A stretch of 64,000 nucleotides of DNA from Octopus sinensis (lineage: Eukaryota): the NCBI RefSeq assembly GCF_006345805.1, contig NC_042997.1, positions 19,468,001 through 19,532,000 of the forward strand, written 5' to 3'. The position numbers and the translations under genes were made by a program. Position 1 is the first letter of the stretch; every line of letters begins with the position of its first letter. Below, in pieces: positions 24,832 to 35,765 of this stretch. Below the pieces are notes generated by a model, which had not been told where the DNA came from, did no database searches, and worked only from the letters and a program-made list of their open reading frames with translations.

Positions 24832-26192
24832 TTAAATGACAGTATGGGTTAAAATGAAATCAGATTCTCTTAAATGACTTCCTTAAATAATTTTGGACTG
24901 CTATTTTAGAGGCTATATTTGCTTTCTCACTAACTTCAGAAATACTCAATGGGTATGAGATAAAAAGAAAATTATGTGTTTTTAGTTAATGTCTAATGAA
25001 TGTTGAATATATTTTACATAACCATAGCAAAATATTTTGGCGATTTATTTAAATATGGCAGTAGCACATGTCTTATTGTCTGGAAAGGGAGGATAAAAGA
25101 TGAAATGAAATTTAATAACATTTGACCTAGAATGGAAATACATTGTTAACAATCATCCAATTTAATCCAGTACAATACAAGGTTTCTCTGTCATATTAGT
25201 TCTTTTGAATTTGAATAAAAGGAAGTAAACAATTTAAGGTTTCAAATGAAATATATAATAACAACATTAACTTTGCTACCACTATTGTTACAACACTAAT
25301 TTCTATTACTATTGTCACTGTAAACGGAGTATTTAATATAAAGGATAAGAAACCATACTTCAAAGATATGTATATTTATATATGAAGAAATACTGTGATT
25401 GTGAATAATCCCATCAAATAAAATTTCGATTTGATATTTGATACGAGAAGAAAACAACAAATCAAAACCTATTTTAGTCGGCAAATAACTTCTCTAAAAT
25501 AAAGACATGTAGAGTAGACTACCATAACTATTTCAGTATCAAACAATACAAGTAGATTTATATAAAAGTCATAAATATACATGCATATGTATTCTTTTTT
25601 AAATTTCAGCCCTAAAGCTGTGGTTATGCTGAAGCATTGCTAGCATGTACATATATACACACATATGTTTTAAACTCGTTTATGGTATCATTAATGGTAT
25701 GCAAATAAAGCTCCTATTTCATTATGCCAACTACCATCTAATGATACTGACTAGTGAGTTAGTTTTATGGGATTGCATCATGGTTATACTGGTGTAATGT
25801 AGGATAAATTCCATCCTAGAATTATTATTGTTGTTGTTATTATTAATATTATTATTATATACACACAAATTTATATGTATGTATATATCCCACACGGATA
25901 GGAAATCTTTCTTTTTTTCTGTCGAGGGCTTATATGCCCCTTTATTAGACTATTTTCCATAGTCATTGCACAGTGATCACCATAAGCTTTAAGCTTATAT
26001 AAAAATACCTTTATTATTATTTACAGGATTGTAAATTCGGCACCATATATAAAAAAAACCATTCGCACCAAAAGACATATATACATATATATATACATAT
26101 ATATATATCATCATCAACATCGTTTAACGTCCGCTTTCCATGCTAGCATGGGTTGGACAGTACAACTGGCTTCCCGGACCCCAGTTGAACTG

Positions 26193-26245
<53 letters not shown>

Positions 26246-26246
<1 letters not shown>

Positions 26247-26745
26247 AAATATATTTGCCAACTAAATGTAGCAGTCCCTTAGAGGACAATGTTACTGTTG
26301 TGTTTTTTGCCCCAGGACAGCTGGAGGAGAAGTCTTCCTGAGGTTAGAAACAACAGTAACATCGTCCTCTATGGGACGGCCACATTTAGTTGGCAAATAT
26401 ATTTTATGATTTAGTACTGTTGCTGTTTACCACTTGCTCAGAGATTTAATGTACCCTATTTCTCCCTTTTCAAGATCCGCAACAGTTTGTCGTTGGAAAA
26501 AGCACATAGTATTTTGCAAGTGGAATGAGTTTCCATCACTAGGTGGTGATTATCACACACTGAAGATGAGTAACTACCCAGAAATCCAGGTCTGTGTGTA
26601 TCACATAAGGCTAGAGAGATGAGTGATGACCTCCCCTCACAAATACTAGTTGAACACAGACAGTGCGTCGTTAACCAGCTGGTGGAGATGTCTTCCTAGG
26701 ACTAAAAACAACAGTAACATCATCTTCTCTGGAACCACCACATTT
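26246..26745 (+). mobile_element. HHR element family: inverted 72-bp segment plus ~1.2 head-to-tail units
   Basis: Homologous to 3334-3718. cagctgg(a/t)ggaga..tcttcc recurs at 26318 and 26676 (period 358 nt). Confidence 0.75.
26554..26598 (+). ncRNA. Type I hammerhead ribozyme
   Basis: CACACA-CTGAAGA-TGAGT(aact)ACCCA-GAAA-T(ccag)G-TC-TGTGTG. One stem II mismatch, predicted GUC cleavage after 26592. Confidence 0.7.
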
Positions 26746-26749
26746 ATAT

Positions 26750-26915
26750 ATATCATCATTTAACGTTTGTTGTTCATGATGGCATGGGTTGTAAGGTTTG
26801 ACTGGGCTCACACTCTGGAAAGCTGCACCAGGATCCAGTCTGATTTGGTATGGTTTTCTATGGATGGATGTCTTTCCTAATGCCAACCACTCCGAGAGTG
26901 TAATGGGTGCTTTTA
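26750..26915 (-). mobile_element. SINE family 4
   Basis: Reverse complement of the family-4 body, with (TCA)n tail. Confidence 0.65.
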
Positions 26916-26929
26916 CATGCCTATATATT

Positions 26930-27325
26930 TATTTCTTTATTACCAACAAGGGGTTAAACAGAGGGGACAAACAAGGACAGGCAAAGGGATTAAGTCAATT
27001 ACTTCGACCCCAGTGCATTACTGGTACTTATTCAATCGACTCAAAAGGATGTCAGGCAAAGTTGACCTTGGAGGAATTTGAACTCAGAATGTAAAGACAG
27101 ACGAAATACCTATTTCTTTACTACCCAAAAGGGGCTAAACACAGAGGGGACAAACAAGGACAGACAAACGGATTAAGTTGATTCCATCGACCCCAGTGCA
27201 TAACTGGTACTTAATTTATCGATCCCGAAAGGCAAAAGTCGACCTCAGTGGAATTTGAACTCAGAACGCAGTGGCGGACGAAACACCCCTAAGCAGTTCG
27301 TCCGGTGTGCTAACATTTCTTCCAG
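26930..27325 (-). mobile_element. Two tandem SINE family 2 copies
   Basis: Two successive reverse-complement Deu/Nin-like bodies (about 26930-27100 and 27114-27325). Confidence 0.8.
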
Positions 27326-29447
27326 CATGCCTATATATTTACATATTACTAGTGGTAGTATTGTTGTTGTTGTTCCTATTATGAAGGTGGCAAGCTGACA
27401 GAATTGTTAGCACACTGGTTAAAATACTTAGCAGCATTTCTTTTGCCTCTTTACATTCGGAGTTCAAATCCCTCTGATGACAACTTCACCTTTCATTTTT
27501 TGCGGGGCAAAAATAACAATAAAATACAGCACCATTCAAGTAATGGGATGGATGAAATCAAATAACCTCTCTGCTGGAAATTGTTGGCCTTGTGTCAAAA
27601 ACTAGAAACAATTATTAATTTATATTATATTTCATACTGTATTATACTGTATTTCATTTTTTTTTTATCAGACATTCACTCTTTATATTTGCTTTATTTT
27701 TCAGGCATATTCCATAGCCACTAGACTTGTTCTGTGCACATCAGACATTATCTATTTTATACTATTACATTGTATGTAGGCACAACAGTAAGATAAGTAG
27801 TAACCGGTAGCAAAAGAGAAAAACCTACTAGAGATGAAATAATATCTCAAAACAACCACCACAACAGTAGAAATAAATCTGCTTCCTCTGCTACTTATTA
27901 TGAGTTATCTTTATATCAGTTTTAATACATAGACAATGCATTACTCTCCCCCACTAGCATTCACCTTGCCACACCAAACCAATACTAAAAACAATAAATC
28001 AAAAGAAATTGCCAACATCACTCATTAATAGCTTTTTTTTTTATTTCTTCTTTCATTTCTTTCTCTTTTGTTAGACTTCACCTATTAATGATAAGGTGAT
28101 TTACAGATAAACATTCATCTCAGTCCATGTGTGACTGTAGCCAGTAAACCGTGAAGAAAAATCAGAAAACAGCTTATGTTATTTTAGCAGCTACTCCTAA
28201 CTAATCATCCGATGGAAGGACACCGAAACTGTATGAGGAGATTCAATCTAATCAGATCATTGGCTTTGCATCTTGTGTTTGTAGTGAAGCAGAAGTTTCC
28301 ATGCAGATTTTATTGTACCCTTACACATCCAATTGACTGATTGGCTCATTGAACTTGTTGATTTCTCTCACTAAGAGAAGGAGGTGGGGGTGATATCGCA
28401 GCAGCCAATGAGCTTCAGAAGATATTCTGCATGAATTACTGTTACTTATTATATTAGTTATTTCAACTGAAGTGACTGGCTTTTAAAGATATAATGCTTA
28501 ACAAAAGAATTTAGACCCAGGTTCACAATGGAGGTGAATCACTGAGTAAAAGTATTACTTGGAGTTTTACAATATATTATATCGTTAGTAATAGTTAGCA
28601 TTAAACCACAATTTATTAATCCACAGATTATAGTGATTTCCAGCATGTTAAACAACACTGTATTAATTTAAACCAAATGTACTGGTAACAATTGAACTAT
28701 ATAAATAGAATTTAAAAAAAAGGAATAAAATACAATTTAAAATACAGTTTAACTATGCAAGATTGTTAAGCTGAAATAAGTAAAAAAAACTACCAGAGAA
28801 ATAAATTCTAATGTTAAGCACAATGCTAATACTGTAGTAGGAGGGGATTAGTAGATTAAATTACCTTTAGCATTTGGGTAGTACTAATTATGTAGTTACA
28901 AAAGCAGAGTATGGTTGTATTCATTTATTCTTTTATTCCTTTCAACCATGCAGCTGCATCATGCTGGAACACCATTGCAATCACATGGTCTTAGGTTAAG
29001 TCCCTTACCACCATCTCAGACTAGCATGTTTCCTCAAGCCATTCAATACCTTGTGAATGGTATTCATACACAGAAACTACAGGAAATCCTATTGCATGCA
29101 TATATATATATATATACATATATATATATGTGTGTGTGTGTGTGCATATAGGTTGTGAGAGGTAATGGTGTCAATAAGACCCAAAGGTATCAAGTAATGC
29201 TGATTAAGTGCTATGGACAGACTATAGTTAAGCTCCAGGTTCTGTGATTATGCGAATGAGGAGTCCAACGTAGGTCATATATCAGCATGTGTATATATAA
29301 AAAAATTTTCAGAATGAGATAAAAATCCAAAGCTGTGAAAGATTTTAGAACATTTATAAATAGCCGTAAGACATTTATAAATGTTCAAAAATCTTTCACA
29401 GCCCCGGATTTTTATCTCATTCTGAAATTTTTTTTATATATATGTGC

Positions 29448-29499
<52 letters not shown>

Positions 29500-29544
29500 G
29501 TGTGTGTGCATGTAACAAATGTATGTATATGTGTAAGTGTATCA

Positions 29545-29725
29545 TTATCATCATCATTGTTTAATGCCCACTTTCCTATGCTAACATAGGTCAGGCAGTA
29601 TTTGTTCGGGAAGATTATTGTTTCTAGAGATGGATGCCCTTCACATCACCAACCTTCACCTGTTTCCATATAAGGTAATGAAGACTTAAAACAAAGGACA
29701 CCACTCTTGCATGATAGTGACAACC
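29545..29725 (-). mobile_element. SINE family 4, degenerate
   Basis: ggatgcccttcacatcaccaacc motif and (TCA)n tail. Confidence 0.55.
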
Positions 29726-29868
29726 TTCACTGTCAAGGGAAAAAAAAAAACTAACTCTCTCTCTCTCTCATACACACACACACATGTATATATATATACA
29801 TACATATATATGAGGTCGATTTGAACTTTACTTTCTTGTGTGTGTTTCTCTCTCTATATATATATATT

Positions 29869-30005
29869 ATATATATATATATACACACACACACTCATCT
29901 ATATATATCATCATCATCGTTTAACGTCCAGCATGGAGAACGGACGTTAAACGATGATGATGATATATATATATAGATGAGTGTGTGTGTGTATATATAT
30001 ATATA
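29869..30005. repeat. ~60-bp inverted duplication with 12-nt loop
   Basis: Arms include the SINE tail (catcatcgtttaacgtcc) and flanking microsatellite or unique bases. Confidence 0.85.
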
Positions 30006-30123
30006 GTTGGAATTTACAAAAAACAAAAGACGAAGACATGTGTGTAAACAACAAACAGGTGTATTAGTTTAACACATACATATACATATATATTTATATA
30101 TATATATGTATATGTGTATATAT

Positions 30124-30350
30124 ATTTGAATGCAGTCTAGCTGTGAAAACAGCAGAAAAATTGAGCAATTTACCCTTATAAGGTGAGAAAAAGTTTCCAG
30201 CAGACAGTTACAGGATCAAACCCCACACTCAGATACTGGCTGAGTACTCTACCACTGAGTTACGCAGCCCACTGACAACTTTTTACCCATCTTATAAGGG
30301 CAAAATACACAATCTCACTGCTGTTTCCAGAGGTATACTGCACTCAAAAT
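30124..30350. mobile_element. MITE-like element with ~70-bp imperfect TIRs enclosing a tRNA-like core
   Basis: Arms 30124-30195 / 30276-30350. Minus-strand core gggctgcgtaactcagtggtagag...ggtttgatcc. Confidence 0.6.
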
Positions 30351-30406
30351 TTACTTGTTTATTATTGTTCTTATTTTATGTCCACAATGAACATAAAATA
30401 AGAACA

Positions 30407-30940
30407 TATATGTATATATATATGTGTGTGTGTGTGTGTATATATATGTGTGTGTGTATATATATGTGTGTGTGTGTGTGTATATATATGTGTGTGTGTG
30501 TGTATATATATATGTGTGTGTGTGTGTGTATATATATATGTGTGTGTGTGTATATATATATGTGTGTGTGTGTGTATATATATATGTGTGTGTGTGTATA
30601 TATATATGTGTGTGTGTGTATATATATATGTGTGTGTATATATATATGTGTGTGTGTATATATATGTGTGTGTGTATATATATATGTGTGTGTATATATA
30701 TGTGTGTGTGTGTATATATGTGTGTGTATATATATGTGTGTGTGTATATATGTGTGTGTGTATATATGTGTGTGTGTATATATGTGTGTGTGGTATATAT
30801 ATGTGTGTGTGTATATATATGTGTGTGTGTAATATATGTGTGTGTGTATATATATGTGTGTGTGTATATATATGTGTGTGTGTATATATATGTGTGTGTG
30901 TGTATATATATGTGTGTGTGGAGAGAGAGAGAGAGAGAGA
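30407..30940. repeat. Higher-order (TA)n(TG)n minisatellite array
   Basis: About 500 bp of alternating TA and TG blocks ending in (GA)n. Confidence 0.95.
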
Positions 30941-30944
30941 ATTT

Positions 30945-31110
30945 ACGAAAAAACAAAAGATGAAGACAGGTGGTGTACAAAACAAACAGATGTATTAGTA
31001 TAACGCTCGGGAATTGAAAAAGTCTTTTACATTTCGAGCCTACACGCTCCCACAGAAAGGAACACAGAAAGAAAGAAGGAGAGAAAAAAAATGTGTGTAG
31101 TGGCTACCGA
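30945..31110 (-). mobile_element. PLE terminal-repeat-like fragment with decayed minimal HHR
   Basis: ccttt-ctgtgg-GAGC(gtgtag)GCTC-GAAA-tg-TA-aaaga at 31023-31060. A related fragment lies at 30010-30075. Confidence 0.5.
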
Positions 31111-34100
31111 GATACATACATGGACACACACACACATACATACATACATATATATATAGAGAGAGAGTGAGAATGAGAGAGATGAGAGCGTTTTAACTCC
31201 ATAAAATAATTTGTTAAATGTACTCTGTATTATGTCACAATATCAGTGAATATGATAAAATAAGTACCAATGTACTGGAGTCCATATAATTGACTAAAAT
31301 CTTTGTTAGTGATGCTTTACTATGGCCAAAGTTAAATGACTGAAGCCAGTTAAAGAGCTATGAGTACAGTTTATCTGACAGACTCCCACTTAGTCTCTGT
31401 ATACCCAATTTCATTGGCAAGGCATAGGCTGACCTGTAGCTATAGAATACTACACTGTGAAACCAAACTCAGGACTACATAATAGTAAAGCAAGCTTACT
31501 AACCATTTGGCCATTCTGCATCTACAGACTGACCACATATCAACAACAAAAAAACGCCACTAATCATCAAAGGCAGCTAATTTAGATATTTCTCAATTTA
31601 ATTATGAAAATATAAAACATACTTTGCAATATTTTTTAAAAAACAAAATCACAAAATGGCTTTTGACATTTTTAACATTGTTTTTAAAATATATCCGTGA
31701 TATTTTAAGCAAACAATTTATTTTCCAGTGTTTATCATCTAAGGATTATATTTTATTATTTTTTATAATTTCGTATAATTCTCTCACATTCATCTTTTTT
31801 CCCTCAGACTAATATATTTGCATTTTTATTGAATACTAATTGATTATAATAAAATCTCATTTAAACATTCTGCAGACATACTGGAAAGTATTAACTGTTA
31901 TCATAGCTTCCTATTTGGAATTAGAGTATTAAAGATTTACATAATCTATTTGGGATATTACTATTCTGCTTGAAAACTATAGATACCCTGCAAGGAAAGT
32001 ACTTAGCTTTAATAAATATTTTAGAGATTTCATCAAATCTCTCTCCTGTGATATTACGTTCTGTAAAAGTATAGATAGTGTAATGTTAGGGTATAACGTG
32101 ATAAATTGTTAACCACTTCTGAGTTTAACAAAAAGGATAAAAATGTTTAGTTTAATATATCCTGAGTTTGGTAATTTTCAGTGCTATAGAAATATTGAAT
32201 TCTGAAAACTTTGACATAACACGTAATTCCATAACATAAAACACAATTCTATTGTTAGCTGATATTATATAAAATGAGAAACGTTTTTATTTATTATTAT
32301 TTTTTTTGGATAAATATGAAAGCAAAAAACAATGTAACAACTTTTATGCATGAACTAGAGTGACCATAATATGGAAGCTTTATGTACTTGTAACTTATTA
32401 ACATTGATTATAATTCATGAAAATGCCCATTTTATCATTAAAATAATACTTATACATAATGATATCAGTTTTCTGTATAAGTTAGGAATGGATAATATCT
32501 GAAATAACAGAGCAGTATTTCAGTTAATCCATTGACTATATATTCTCACAATGCTTTACTTATCTCATAATTTCAATAGTTGTGATATCTGTGAGAAGTA
32601 TTCTCAAAAGAAAAAAAAATTTCTTAGTAAATCAGATGATATTGTTTTCATGTCTTGTATACACTTTTCTCTGTAATAAACAGTTTCTATTTCCTGAATA
32701 ATGATATAGGGTTTATAAATCACTGCATTTCCTTTTTACTCTCAAAATAGTGTATCAATGGCTTCCATCAAGCAGTAATGTAGATTAGGATCTGATATCT
32801 AATAAACATCATTGAACAACTGAGCAATTCTTTTCAAAACTATAATGATGCTTATATGGATGTTGAAATTGGTGATGGAATAATCAAGAAATAAGAGAAA
32901 ACTCAGTCTAAAACTATTGATGAAAACAGATACATTTACACAAATTTTTAATTCTTTTCTAAATCAAAAGTTCTTATCTCTAGCTTTTGCATTGTGGATG
33001 ATAATGGTGAAAACCTAGTAACAAGACTAACCTAGATGAGGGAATAATCTAGATATATATCTGAATGAGGAATAATTCTAGTGGCAAGCCAAATCTCTAT
33101 GCAAGACAATAGAAAGTAGGGGAAGAAAGAACTAAATAGATACATCAAGGGATACGTGTAAGGTGAGGTATATTTAGTGATTTAAACAATTTAAAACATT
33201 TACATTTCACTTGGCAATGAAATTGCAGTTTATTTGATAATAAAATTCATATTCCAATAGATGTAATGGCAATAAGTGACGAATATTTTCATAGAATCTG
33301 ATAGATCATTTATCTAGCCAAGCTAAAATTAGACAAACTACATCCACTGGATTGCTTTGTGCTTTTATTTATTCTTTAGAAAGGTTTCTCAGAAACCAAC
33401 ATCAGTCAACCATAAACAACTACATACACAAACATTGATGCTATATGTTCACTTCAAGTGATCATGAATAACAGCATTTATTTTTTACTTGGTAACAATA
33501 TTGTGACCAAAATCTTTCTACAGAAAAATTCAATACAAAAATAAATCTTAATGTTTTTTAGTCAAAAGAAAGTAATTGTAAATTTGTTTTGATCTAGTCT
33601 TGTAACATATTAATTTTCAAAAAACTATTGCAAGTTTTCAATGAATGCAATGCCAATAGCCATAGTTTTTCTTTGGTTCTGATATTTTCCTGAATGAAAT
33701 TATCAGTAGTCACAGTAACAGCATTTAAAATTCTTATAAGAATATTTAGCTTCTAAATTTCTTTTCAGCATTCTCTATTTCCAAAAAACTTCATGATCAT
33801 TAAATTGCAAACTCTTGTTAAGTTTTACTCAAATTTTAATTTTAGTTTGCTCCCATTTACTAAATTAAACACACAAAAGTCTAAATATGATGTTAGAAAT
33901 TTTAATGATGATTAGATAAAACTTACTATATTTAAGCTAATAAATGCAATATTTCTTATAATATTTTTGACATCAAAATTCCTGAGATGAGTTGTTGCAG
34001 ATGAAAATTGTAATTTTTAAAGTTGTTATTTTTAAAGTTCTTAACCTCATCATGAGATACGAAGATTCATTTTTGATATTTACACATTGTTTTAATTGGT

Positions 34101-34261
34101 TCAATCTCTAGTTGTAATCAGGTGTCTTATTCTTGGATATGTACATACTGTTAGGAATTAGACAACAGATGATAAGAGATCAAGTCATATTGAAACATAA
34201 GAGGGATGTAAATATTTGAAAAATCTTTAATCCAATGCTCTCTCTGTAAGGTTCATTCTAC

Positions 34262-34636
34262 TAAGGTAGAGACGCGAATAAAATTAATAATAGAGAAACG
34301 AAAATAAGACTTTGGAAACAGCAACGCTGCCATAACTTACGTGGAATGCATGAGTGTGCTTTCAAGGGAGATGAACAGAGAAAGACTTGAAAGTGAACGT
34401 AAGATCGTAATACTTCATGTAAAGGGAAGTAAATATAACAAATAATCCAGAATCCTTGTCCATCACCGGATTGATCCCCAAATCTAATCAGTTTGTGCTC
34501 GTTGCAAGGCCAAACGTTCCTGAAAGTTTCATCTGAATCCATCCAGCAGTTCTTGAGATATCTTGTCCATGGACAAACAAACAAATACATATGACTGAAA
34601 GCAATACCCCCACCTTTACTTAGGCGGAGGAAATAA
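34262..34636 (-). mobile_element. Non-autonomous DNA element, possibly Crypton-type
   Basis: Terminus is the reverse complement of att(a/t)cctccgcc, recalled from Crypton-like non-autonomous repeats. GC-richer than flanks. Confidence 0.35.
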
Positions 34637-34671
34637 TCATAATAATGATGATGATGATGATAATAATAATA

Positions 34672-34790
34672 ATACTCCAGAAAACAGTGTTATTAGGGAC
34701 AGCTTGGATACTTAAGAGGATTCTGGGCATCTAAGGTTACTTGTAACCTGATGTTAGGAATTTTTATTTTCCAACAGTCTAATCTGTTGT
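34672..34790 (+). mobile_element. R4/Dong-clade 3' end fragment
   Basis: LQKTVLLGTAWILKRILGI*, embedded in (TAA)n/(TGA)n. Confidence 0.65.
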
Positions 34791-35397
34791 GATTATGATG
34801 ATAATAATAATGATAATAATAATAATAGAATTAAAAATCACTTTTATGACCACTAAGCGATAGTGTTCTCAGAAAGTTCACATATCATCCAATAAATAGG
34901 AATAGTGTTAAATCAAAGGTACTCTGCCACAGGATTTTGCATGGACATTAGTATAGTAGAATATATACCCTAATAATAACAACTATATAAATAATAATAA
35001 AAAATATAATATATAAAAAAGACATTAAATTGATAGAAGAAAATTGAGTGTATGATAGTCACCACAGATGTATCACCTGCACTTTAAATGGTTACTTCTC
35101 CAAAGTCTGCAAGAGTTGCAATTATACTTTTGTAAACTATTATTTGTTTTTTCCATTGAATTATGTCATTTCCTATTAAGTGGACAAGATCTTTTCTCGA
35201 ATGTTACTTAGCTTCTATACATACTTCTGTTACTTATAGTTTAGTCTTCCCCATTGACCTTTAAATTTTTTGATTTATACTGACCTTGCAAGCTTTTCTA
35301 GAGTTTGTTTCTATGCAAATATATCAAGACCAGAGAGATAAGTTAAAAACAGTGCTCCTCTGGAAACCTAACAATGTATTAAATTCTACATTGTATT

Positions 35398-35765
35398 CAT
35401 GGCTGCGTGGTAAGTAGCTTGCTTACCAACTACATGGTTCCGGGTTCAGTCCCACTGCGTGGCACCTTGGGCAAGTATCTTCTACTATAGCCTCGGACTG
35501 ACCAAAGCCTTGTGAGTGGATTTGGTAGACGGAAACTGAAAGAAGTCCATTGTATATGTGTGTGTGCACGTGTGTATTTGTCCCCACTAACATTGCTTGA
35601 TAACCAATGCTTGACAACCTAGTAACTTAGCGGTTCGGCAAAAGAGACCAAGAGAATAAGAACTAGGCTTACAAAGAATAAGTCCCAGGGGTCGATTTGC
35701 TGGACTAAAGGCGTTGCTCCAACATGGCCGCAGTCAAATTACTGAAGCAAATAAAACAATAAAAG
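35398..35765 (+). mobile_element. SINE family 1
   Basis: Homologous to 4554-4957. Confidence 0.85.

Noticed and set aside
28200-28240. ccgatggaaggacaccgaaactgta as an HHR
   Set aside because: Core spacing and stems do not fit without several assumed mutations.
30351-30998. 155-209 aa ORFs in the track (also those at 17.5, 18.4-18.9, 21.3-21.7, 44.1 and 62.6-63.3 kb)
   Set aside because: Translations of (TA)/(CA)/(TG) microsatellites with no coding signal.
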